DNA of 64,000 bases from NCBI GenBank assembly GCA_002269645.1, contig NIVC01001747.1:264386-328385 (forward strand). The letters are read 5' to 3'. Each line of letters opens with the position of its first letter. Position 1 is the first letter of the stretch. This DNA comes from Macrostomum lignano. Lineage: Eukaryota. The position numbers and the translations under genes were made by a program. Of the stretch, positions 10,199 through 36,377 are shown piece by piece. The notes beneath the pieces were generated by a model. That model searched no databases, was not told where the DNA came from, and saw only the letters and a program-made list of their open reading frames with translations.

Positions 10199-11056
10199 GG
10201 TTTTGTCTCGCATAGAGGCGCCTAACCGCAGTACCTCTGTGAAACTTGTCTGCCTGGCTGAAAGCTTGTAATGAGTGAGTAGGCTGGGTTGGAGGGTAAT
10301 AGTGGATCGGGAAGGGCTGTGGGTAGCTGTATAGGAAGGCAGGCCTATACCTGTACCAGTTGGTGCTCTGACGGTCCCCCTCGGAGTGCCCTCTGAGCGT
10401 ACAGCCAGCGACCCTATTAAAGCAGGAGTGTGCCAGAACCAGGACTGAGTCTGAGCAGGACGAGACCGTTGGCACGGTCACTATAGAAATGGCGGGTTGG
10501 CGAAGCAAAGGGTGAAATAGTCCCGGCGATTAGCCCTCCTGCCGCTTCAAAGATAAGAGGCTGTCTTGGCAAGAGTACCCGGGGTCTAGTTGGGGGGGGG
10601 GGAGGCTCCTCGAGGGTTGCCACGGCCGTGGGGGCGGTCATATGACCGGTTTTTTGGCTTTTCTAACCCGGAAAAGGCACGGGCTTCCCTGATTGGTTCA
10701 CTCAACCCCCTCTGGCCCCGGGGAGGTTTATGTACGTTTGGCAGAGTACCCGGGGGTGGTGGGTGGTCGGCCCCGGCATGGTAGCCACGGCCCTCGGCCT
10801 TCGGGCCAACCCTAATAGGCATGGGGTCCATCTAACCTGGTTTTTTGGGCACGGGCTTCCTGACTGGTATGTCGTTCCGCTGTCACTGTCCCCCGGGGAG
10901 GTTTTGATTTGTCATTTGCCCTTTGTACAGTCCTCTTAGCTCCAATTAGGATCTCAGTGTACATAAGTACACTCCCAACCTGGAATTAATATTTATCTAG
11001 TGGCGTAAGAGCCTGATCAATGGCTGAGGCGCCGAATTACTTATTACTGTTACTGT
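10199..11056 (+). mobile_element. ORF-less ~860-bp putative non-autonomous retroposon flanked by 19-bp direct repeats
   Basis: TACAGAGCAGTTGGGCTCT at 10180-10198 and 11057-11075; TTATTACTGTTACTGT simple-repeat tail abuts the right copy; internal diverged dimer at 10568-10915. Confidence 0.65.
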
Positions 11057-11561
11057 TACAGAGCAGTTGGGCTCTTGGGAAAGCATCTTCTCCCGTCCTC
11101 CGACATGTTTGTTGCTGCTACACGTACTTAAAGTAATATAATTGAAAAATCTGCACGAAAAAAGAAAATAACAGCAATCCTTCTACAAGCTTTCAGGCTA
11201 TTATATTTTAAGAATTGATTTCTAGTAATTAGCAGCAACAGTCGAGCTTGTGTATTTGGTGATAAAATGATCCAACATCACAGATGGAAGCAGAGAAAGC
11301 ATGCACATGCGAAAAATGGATTTTTTAAATGAATCTTATTTACAAAGAAAGAGTCACGAACTGTAGTGTTAACTAATCAAACAGATTAACACAATAATCC
11401 TTTCATTGTAAAATCATTTTTAAAAAAAGACTAAATTGATCGGTTGACAAAGAAGAGACAAATTTGAGACAAAAAATGCTAGATATTTTACTCTCCTTGA
11501 CATCCGACTACTTGACCAGCATTTTCTCTACTGCAACCCTAAATTTTACTATTTTATTTTC

Positions 11562-11753
11562 GGGCCGTGCAGAAAGCTCTGTCTAGGGTAGTCCGGTCTT
11601 GAAAAGCTAGTCTGGACTTGGATTTGGTGTGCAGAAACACAAAGTTAGACCGGTCTACTATAGACAGAACTAAGGTAGCTAGACCATAGACTATAGACTG
11701 AACTACCCAAGTCCGGACTAGCTAGTCTAGACTAAGCTTTCTGCATTTGGCCC
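11562..11753. mobile_element. PIF/Harbinger-type MITE
   Basis: TIRs GGGCCGTGCAGAAAGCT / AGCTTTCTGCATTTGGCCC, 3-bp TSD TTC on both sides, further internal inverted match CTAGTCTGGACTTGG / CCAAGTCCGGACTAG. Confidence 0.75.
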
Positions 11754-11854
11754 TTCATGTTTTACCATAGACAGTCAATCGAGATAAAAGCGCCAAACAG
11801 ACAGGGAAAACTCCGTTAGCATTTGTTGACAACATTTGGTTGTAGAGTCCTTCT

Positions 11855-12232
11855 GCTTTTGTACTTTCTGTTTGTACTTTCTGCTATTGTACTCTCTGTT
11901 TGTACTTTCTGCTATTGTACTTTCTGCTATTGTAATTTCTGTTTGTACTTTCTGCTATTGTACTTTCTGCTATTGTACTTTCTGTTTGAACTTTCTGCTT
12001 TTGTACTTTCTGTTTGTGTACTTTCTGCTATTGTACTCTCTGTTTGTACTTTCTGCTATTGTACTCTCTGTTTGTACTTTCTGCTTTTGTACTTTCTGTT
12101 TGTGTACTTTCTGCTATTGTACTTTCTCTTTGTACTTTCTGATATTGTACTTTCTGTTTGTACCTTCTGCTTTTGTACTTTCTGTTTGTGTACTTTCTGC
12201 TATTGTACTTTCTGTTTGTACTTTCTGTTTTT
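11855..12232 (+). repeat. 13-15-bp minisatellite TGTACTTTCTG(CTAT/TT)
   Basis: Direct reading; explains ORFs 11823-12248 and 11836-12234. Confidence 0.95.
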
Positions 12233-12501
12233 GAAACGAAAATTTTAGGGGCAACCCATACACAGACAGTTCACATCCATGAGGGCCCATGAGGAGTGTA
12301 TATGCTTTAAAGATTTGAAAGTCTGTGCCGCTCTACACCCTGTGTGAGGGTGAGTGCGAGTGCGTGTGCTATTATCACGTACATGTAGGTGGGCGCCCCT
12401 GTCTCTTGATGAGCGTCCCTAACTTTATCTCCTAAGCCGATAGAAAAGCTTGAGCTCCCGTCATTTTAAAATTACGACAATTGATAACTCAAATAGTACT
12501 T

Positions 12502-26872
<14,371 letters not shown>

Positions 26873-27069
26873 CCCAGCTCAGCTTGGGGGCAGGGAGATG
26901 TGAATTGGCTGAAATTAAAAAAAATGCACGAATATTAGGGTGCATGAAAGTTTGACGCTTCAATCATCAACTGTGGCCTACTGTGGTTAATAAAATGTTT
27001 TCTAAATACAATGCAATTAAAAGAAATAACCATCGTCACGGACTACATACTGTGCTCACAGAGTACATG

Positions 27070-27730
27070 TTGTGTTCACACAGTATATTCTTTGCTCACA
27101 CAATCTATCCTATGTTCACATAATAAATTTTCGTGTTCACACAATCCATTCCATGTTTACACAATGCATTAGCTGTGTTCACACAATCCATCCCCTGTTC
27201 ACACAATGCATTAGCTGTGTTCACACAATCCATCCCATGTTCACACAATGCATTAGCTTTGTTCACACAATCCATCCCATGTTCACACAATGCATTAGCT
27301 GTGTTCACACAATCCATCCCATGTTCACACAATGCATCCTATGTTCACACACAATACATCCCGTGTTCACACAATGCATCCAATGTTCACACAATACATC
27401 CCATGTTCACACAACGCATCCTATGTTCACACAATACATCCTATGTTCACACAATGCATCCAATGTTCACACAATACATCCTATGTTCACACAATGCATC
27501 CAATGTTCACACAATACATCCTATGTTCACACAATGCATCCAATGTTCACACAATACATCCCGTGTTCACACAATACATCCCGTGTTCACACAATACATC
27601 CCATGTTCACACAATACATCCCGTGTTCACACAATCCATCCCATGTTCACACAATACATCCCGTGTTCACACAATCCATCTCATGTTCACACAATACATC
27701 CCATGTTCACACAATGCATTCCATGTTCAC
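27070..27730 (+). repeat. ~20-bp minisatellite TGTTCACACAATACATCCCA (second copy ~36575-37235)
   Basis: Direct reading. Confidence 0.95.
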
Positions 27731-28079
27731 ATATAAGCTTCGCAAGTCCAGTTGACGTGAAAATAAAAATTTGGAAGGTTCCTCAATGGAAATCGGCAGT
27801 GGTGTCTGCTTTATACAGTGACTAATATAACCTGCTGGTGGGTTGAAAAACAGCGATAAAACCTTGCACTTTTAACGACGCCAACTAAGCCGGTCTTGAT
27901 CTCTACTCGTAACTAGCTGCGCAGGTAGCTGAAAAAAGACCCCTGCCTGAGGTTCGGCCATGCGGTTATATTATTTTGCACTTGTCCGACTCATAAGTAG
28001 ATGCCCAATTGTTATCTTTTCGCTGATAGCAACCTGCAGTAACACACCAGAAAAAGCTCCTGACTATAGTTTTGATTAG

Positions 28080-28430
28080 ACTACATCAGATCAGATTGGA
28101 TTGGATTAGATTCAATTTGATTAGAGTAGATTAGATTAGATTTGATTTGATTAAATTAGATTAGATTAACTAAGACTAGATTTGATTTGATTGGGTTAGA
28201 TTAGATTAAACAATTTTACATTAGATTACATTAGATTGGATTAGATCGGATTGGATTAGATCAAATTAGACTAGATTAGATTATATTAGTTTGGATTAGT
28301 TTAAATTAGACTAGAATATATAGGATTATATTAGACTAGATTATAATAAATTAGATTGAATTAGATCAGATTAGATCGGATTTGATAGATTGGATTAGCT
28401 TAGATTAGATCAGATTAGATCAGATTAGAT
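28080..28430 (+). repeat. Degenerate (ATTAG)n repeat (second copy ~37585-37935)
   Basis: Direct reading. Confidence 0.85.
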
Positions 28431-29009
28431 TGGGGCGAAATGTAGATCTATATTCACGATTTAAACAAAAAATTCTAAAACTTTAACCAGCAACTTTTAA
28501 CCTGAAAATAACCTGCTTCGCTGTTACCCACTCAGAGTAAAAGATTATCATCGCTACAAGCGAGCTGCGCAGCGAGAAAGAGGCTGACTTCGCTACATTG
28601 GACCGGTAATAACTACTGCCTTATTACCGTAGACCTTAACCGGAATTTCTGCGCTATCAATTCCTACTGATTCCCACGCTGCATTCTCCCCCCCCCCAAA
28701 AAAAAGTGATAAGCAACAGGTTAGAAGGCCGAGGTCAAGGTGTCCGGCATGTTGGCCGGAAACTGATGAAGCAAAAGAAAAGATATGAAGAAAAATGGCA
28801 GCAGTTCCTGTGGATAGAGGATTGTATTGCTTTCTTCTCCGCATTGGGGTATCGCATCAGAAGGTATCGCCAGCATTCAATGCTAGTTTAGACTGCCAGT
28901 CAGTTAACTTCCCAGATTGCTAGAATCGAAATCCCCTTTTTAGTCTAAAGTTGAAATTATCCTTTAGATGTTTGCGTGGAACTGCGGCTCAAATAACCAA
29001 ATCGAACAG

Positions 29010-32000
29010 TACTAGATGACCTTCAACTGACCAAAATCAATCAGCACTAAATGACCAGCAACTGACCAAAATTAATCAGTACTAAATGACCAGCAACTGA
29101 CCAAAATCATTCAATACTAGATGACCAGCAACTGACCAAAATCAATCAATACTAGATGACCAGCAACTGACCAAAATCAATCAGCACTAAATGACCAGCA
29201 ACTGACCAAAATTAATCAGTACTAAATGACCAGCAACTGACCAAAATGATTAAATGCTAGATGACCAGCAACTGACCAAAATCAATCAATACTAGATGAC
29301 CAGCAACTGACCAAAATCAATCAATACTAGATGACCAGCAACTGACCAAAATCAATCAGCACTAAATGACCAGCAACTGACCAAAATTAATCAGTACTAA
29401 ATGACCAGCAACTGACCAAAATGATTCAATGCTAGATGACCAGCAACTGACCAAAATCAATCAATACTAGATGACCAGCAACTGACCAAAATCAATCAGC
29501 ACTAGATGACCAGCAACTGACCAACTTCAATCACTACTAGATGACCAGCAACTGACCAAAATCAATCAGTACTAAATGACCAGCAACTGACCAAAATCAA
29601 TCAGCACTAGATGACCAGCAACTGACCAACTTCAATCACTACTAGATGACCAGCAACTGACCAAAATCAATCAGCACTAGATGACCAGCAACTGACCAAA
29701 ATCAATCACTACTAGATGACCAGCAACTGACCAACTTCAATCAATACTAGATGACCAGCAACTGACCAAAATCAATCAATACTAGATGACCAGCAACTGA
29801 CCAACTTCAATCAATACTAGATGACCAGCAACTGACCAAAATCAATCAATACTAGATGACCAGCAACTGACCAACTTCAATCAATACTAGATGACCAGCA
29901 ACTGACCAAAATCAATCAGTACTAGATGACCAGCAACTGACCAACTTCAATCACTACTAGATGACCAGCAACTGACCAAAATCAATCAGCACTAGATGAC
30001 CAGCAACTGACCAACTTCAATCAATACTAGATGACCAGCAACTGACCAAAATCAATCAATACTAGATGACCAGCAACTGACCAACTTCAATCAATACTAA
30101 ATGACCAGCAACTGACCACAATCAATCAATACTAGATGACCAGCAACTGACCAACTTCAATCAATACTAGATGACCAGCAACTGACCAACTTCAATCACT
30201 ACTAGATGACCAGCAACTGACCAAAATCAATCAATACTAGATGACCAGCAACTGACCAACTTCAATCACTACTAGATGACCAGCAACTGACCAAAATCAA
30301 TCAGTACTAGATGACCAGCAACTGACCAACTTCAATCACTACTAGATGACCAGCAACTGACCAAAATCAATCAGCACTAGATGACCAGCAACTGACCAAC
30401 TTCAATCACTACTAGATGACCAGCAACTGACCAACTTCAATCAATACTAGATGACCAGCAACTGACCAAAATCAATCAATACTAAATGACCAGCAACTGA
30501 CCAACTTCAATCAATACTAAATGACCAGCAACTGACCACAATCAATCAATACTAGATGACCAGCAACTGACAACAATCAATCAATACTAAATGACCAGCA
30601 ACTGACCACAATCAATCAATACTAGATGACCAGCAACTGACCAAAATCAATCAATACTAAATGACCAGCAACTGACCAACTTCAATCAATACTAAATGAC
30701 CAGCAACTGACCACAATCAATCAATACTAGATGACCAGCAACTGACCACAATCAATCAATACTAAATGACCAGCAACTGACCACAATCAATCAATACTAG
30801 ATGACCAGCAACTGACCACAATCAATCAATACTAAATGACCAGCAACTGACCAACTTCAATCAATACTAAATGACCAGCAACTGACCACAATCAATCAAT
30901 ACTAGATGACCAGCAACTGACCACAATCAATCAACACTAGATGACCAGCAACTGACCAAAATCAATCAATACTAGATGACCAGCAACTGACCAAAATCAA
31001 TCAATACTAGATGACCAGCAACTGACCAAAATCAATCAGCACTAAATGACCAGCAACTGACCAAAATTAATCAGTACTAAATGACCAGCAACTGACCAAA
31101 ATGATTCAATGCTAGATGACCAGCAACTGACCAAAATCAATCAATACTAGATGACCAGCAACTGACCAAAATCAATCAGCACTAGATGACCAGCAACTGA
31201 CCAACTTCAATCACTACTAGATGACCAGCAACTGACCAAAATCAATCAGTACTAAATGACCAGCAACTGACCAAAATCAATCAGCACTAGATGACCAGCA
31301 ACTGACCAACTTCAATCAATACTAAATGACCAGCAACTGACCACAATCAATCAATACTAGATGACCAGCAACTGACCAAAATCAATCAATACTAGATGAC
31401 CAGCAACTGACCACAATCAATCAATACTAGATGACCAGCAACTGACCAAAATCAATCAGCACTAGATGACCAGCAACTGACCAACTTCAATCACTACTAG
31501 ATGACCAGCAACTGACCACAATCAATCAATACTAGATGACCAGCAACTGACCACAATCAATCAATACTAGATGACCAGCAACTGACCACAATCAATCAAT
31601 ACTAAATGACCAGCAACTGACCACAATCAATCAATACTAGATGACCAGCAACTGGCCAAAATCAATCAACACTAGATGACCAGCAACTGGCCAAAATCAA
31701 TCAGTACTAAATGACCAGCAACTGGCCAACTTTAATCAACACTAGATGACCAGCAACTGACCAAAATCAATCAACACTAGATGACCAGCAACTGACCAAA
31801 ATCAATCAACACTAGATGACCAGCAACTGGCCAAAATCAATCAACACTAGATGACCAGCAACTGACCAAAATCAATCAACACTAGATGACCAGCAACTGA
31901 CCAAAATCAATCAATACTAGATGACCAGCAACTGGCCAAAATCAATCAACACTAGATGACCAGCAACTGACCAAAATCAATCAACACTAGATGACCAGCA

Positions 32001-32250
32001 ACTGACCAAAATCAATCAATACTAGATGACCAGCAACTGGCCAAAATCAATCAGTACTAAATGACCAGCAACTGGCCAACTTTAATCAACACTAGATGAC
32101 CAGCAACTGACCAAAATCAATCAACACTAGATGACCAGCAACTGACCAAAATCAATCAACACTAGATGACCAGCAACTGACCAAAATCAATCAACACTAG
32201 ATGAGCAGCAACTGACCAAAATCAATCAACACTAGATGACCAGCAACTGG
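29010..32250 (+). repeat. 35-bp minisatellite ACTAGATGACCAGCAACTGACCAAAATCAATCAAT, ~3.2 kb (second copy ~38515-41755)
   Basis: Period 35 measured directly; variant order appears the same in both copies. Confidence 0.98.
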
Positions 32251-32719
32251 CAAAACAATCAATTTTAATAACTTACCTTTAACTATATGCACTTGGCCTC
32301 TGGCTTATACAGTTCAATTAGTCCGAACAGATTAATGCAGATTAATGCCCTTCGGATGGGGAAATTGCTTACGGCTAGCTGGGCTGGGGCGGCATCGCTC
32401 CTCCTGTTTATGAACCCATACTATAAGCTGGTGCAGCCTATGTGGGAAACGTTGGAAAAACCTCCCATAAGCTTAGCAAATCCAACCCCACCACCCCCTA
32501 CTATCTATCTTCTTACCGAATTCTGCTGCATCCTCTCCTGTTTGATTCGTAAAGCTATCCAGGCCTAGCAGTGGCATGTGTGTGTGCCCGCCTCTCGTCC
32601 CATCCCTCAGCCCCTCTCTGGCCAGCCAACTCCATATAGATAACCGTTTGTGTGCAACAAGGAGATTTAAAGTAACGGAATCTGGCTGTGGGAACTCTGC
32701 GCGGCTTTAGCGAGGCTTT

Positions 32720-33144
32720 AGCGCCCAGGGGCTTTAGCGCCCAGGGGCGCCAGCACCAGGGGCTTTAGCGCCCAGGGGCGCCAGCACCTGGGGCGCCAGC
32801 ACCAGGGGCGCCAGCACCAGGGGCGCCAGCACCAGGGGCGCCAGCACCAGGGGCGCCAGCACCAGGGGCGCCAGCACCAGGGGCGCCAGCACCAGGGGCG
32901 CCAGCACCAGGGGCGCCAGCACCAGGGGCGCCAGCACCAGGGGCGCCAGCACCAGGGGCGCCAGCACCAGGGGCGCCAGCACCAGGGGCGCCAGCACCAG
33001 GGGCGCCAGCACCAGGGCGCCAGCACCAGGGGCGCCAGCACCAGGGGCGCCAGCACCAGGGGCGCCAGCACCAGGGGCGCCAGCACCAGGGGCGCCAGCA
33101 CCAGGGGCACCAGCACCAGGGGCGCCAGCACCAGGGGCGCCAGA
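32720..33144 (+). repeat. GC-rich 15-bp minisatellite GGGGCGCCAGCACCA (second copy ~42225-42650)
   Basis: Direct reading. Confidence 0.97.
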
Positions 33145-33825
33145 ACCCAAGCTGTTTCGGTTTGGTTCAGTTTGCTCTCAGGCTAAGCTAAGTAGGTCAG
33201 TTTCCACTATTTACTCTCCAATCTCTATATCTAGAACTTCTTGAATGTAGGAAAGCAACCTGCAGTTTCGGGAAAATTGTATAAAAATGCCAAAAAAGTC
33301 TGCCTGTCCGCCTCCACCCCGCCTCGTCAGCGCGCATGCGATGACGGAAAGAAACACCTAAGCGCGAGCGGATAGCGCGCAGAGATGAAATGCGCGCTCG
33401 AATTTGACTTTAACTGAGCCGGGCAAAGCAGTTTGATGGATGAACTGACAGTGAATCAAAAATGTAGCTCTTTAATCCCAAGCCTCTTGGGAATCCAATG
33501 ATGCCAAGTTCTAATTTGCAAAAACTCTACAGCAAAGAAACAAATAAAAATGATTTAAGTGAAGCAGTGAGAAAATTAACACTAACTTACCTGTTAAAAT
33601 TATAATTTAATCAAGATTAATCTGAATGAAACAGCTTAGAAAAATAAGAGACACCCCTTCTCCGTCTGGTATAAGCGCGAGTCTGGACAAGCGAACCTAA
33701 ATAGTTTTGTACGGCAGAAACTGCGTTCTGTGTTTAAAGCTGTGCATGCCTTTTGATTTTGGAAACCTCGGTATTTCTGCGGGCCACGCACAGGGTGGGG
33801 GAGGGCTCAAAACGCAATTACTCAC

Positions 33826-33924
33826 GAAGGCATGCATCGGCAGCTGCGGGAGACGGGAGGCTGCCGCGGGCAAGGGTCTCACAGTTTATTGTCTGCCTTG
33901 GACTGTCCATATTTCCTGCCGGCT
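33826..33924 (-). other. Candidate upstream (5'UTR/uORF) exon of the ANKRD6-like gene (second copy near 43332-43430)
   Basis: Long polypyrimidine tract and CCCTGCAG| acceptor, TTC|GTGAGT donor; contains an ATG (MDSPRQ...). Confidence 0.45.
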
Positions 33925-34145
33925 CTGCAGGGCAAAAGAGAGCAGAAGAAAATGTAAAGAAATAGAAAACTAGAGTAGCACTACGGGTTGATCCAAGGTC
34001 GCTGAGCATGGCACAGTGCCGCAGTTGCGCCTGGTGACGCCAGGGGCGGCTGGAGGTGACTGACAAGTAGAAAAAACAGTTCTTGATTAGCGAGTCGGTG
34101 TTGCTTTGTTGAGCCGCGGCCGAAAAAGCTAGACAAGATAAGTGC

Positions 34146-35013
<868 letters not shown>

Positions 35014-35020
35014 CTCTCAC

Positions 35021-35297
35021 CTGCCCTGCAGAGGATATCCACAGTCATGCTGAACCCATTGAAAGCGGCTTCGTGCAGTGGTGAGTTCATGTTGAGTCGC
35101 TCTCGGTGATTGACATCAGCGCCCAGGCTGATGAGCACCTGGGTGCACTGCATGTGACCGGCGGCAGCGGCCAGGTGCAAAGCAGTTTTACCGCCGGCGT
35201 CGGTTTGATTCACCGGTGACAGCTGGTTGTCGAGGATCATCTTCACTATCTGCGTGTGACCGCAGGCTGCGGCGTGATGGAATGCTGACCGGCCCTC
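35021..35297 (-). CDS. Duplicate ANKRD6-like exon 2 (copy B)
   Basis: Same sequence and splice sites as 25517-25793. Confidence 0.7.
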
Positions 35298-36275
35298 CTG
35301 TTAATGGGGTGAGGCAATCGGTTGCTGGGAGTACCGCGTTGCCCCAGATTGAAGTTTTCCTACGGTTTTGCTATGGTAATCGTTGCTATGGGAATTGTTG
35401 CTATGGGGATTGTCGCTATGGGAATTGTTACTATGGGGATTGTTGCTATGGAGATTTTCGCTATGGGAATTGTTGCTATGGCAATTGTTGCTATGGGAAT
35501 TGTTGCAATGGGGATTGTTGCTATGGTGATTTTTGCTATGGGAATTTTCGCTATGGGGATTGTTGCTATGGGGATTGTTGCTATGGGGATTGTTGCTATG
35601 GGGATTGTTGCTATGGGAATTGTTGCTATGGGGATTGTCGCTGTGGGGATTGTTGCTATGGGAGTTGTTGCTATGGGGATTGTCGCTATTAGCTGTAGTT
35701 ACTATGCTGTAACAATTTACCAGCCTGATGGCCACACAGGAGCAGGGCAGTCTAGTCACGGTTGCGTAACTAAAACTGCCTGTAAATGTTTCTTCAAAAT
35801 TTTTACTGACCAAAGTTGAAGCTCTTCTAGACATGGTCAATAAACTCGCAGAGCTGCTAAGAAAGATGAAAAGCCTGGTGAAAAAAGGTAGCAATCCGAA
35901 GGTGAGAGGCTGCAAGCGAAGGATGATGGGGGAGAGAGGAGGAACCTGCTCACAGCGCTGGCTTATATATCCCGCCCTACAAACGGGGATTTTCTTCCCC
36001 TACCCCAAAGCTTTCAAGCGTTTTCCTTCTTTGTCTCCACTTCGCCTCAGGCTGTTTTTAACGGGGCGGCAGCTTTAAAGAGATTGATTTCACACGGTAA
36101 GCCGATACTCTCAAGCTTAATTCCTTTCCCACCTCAATGCGGCAGAAGGTGTTAGCAAGGCTGCCCCTATAAAAGTCTGCATCCAGACAGAGAGACTCTA
36201 TTAGCTGCTCATGTACCCGCTGAGACGGTTTCATATGTCGGTACAATTATTCTGTAGTTATCATCTCTCGCTCAC

Positions 36276-36377
36276 CTGATCGGGCGTGACTGGCACTTTA
36301 GCTCGGATCAGCTCGCCAACCTGTCCCACATCGCCTCGGGCAGCTGCCAGTCGCAGCTTCCCAGCCTGGCTCAGCAT
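36276..36377 (-). CDS. Duplicate ANKRD6-like exon 1 (copy B)
   Basis: Same sequence as 26771-26872. Confidence 0.7.

Noticed and set aside
11005-11040. Hammerhead-like CTGATCAATGGC...GCCGAATTAC at the element 3' end
   Set aside because: The catalytic core deviates at G8 (CUGAUCA) and A15.1 (GAAU), and no stem I; more likely a retroposon 3' stem-loop.
11057-11108. Minus-strand ATG giving MSEDGRRCFPKSPTAL
   Set aside because: Stops after 16 codons even with the insertion removed; no splice support.
12394-12407. 14-bp match (CGCCCCTGTCTCTT) to the 1009-2405 minisatellite unit
   Set aside because: A single short match with no flanking similarity; may be chance.
29010-32250. 35-bp array resembling CRISPR repeats in length
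   Set aside because: Head-to-tail units with no unique spacers, eukaryotic context, no cas genes.
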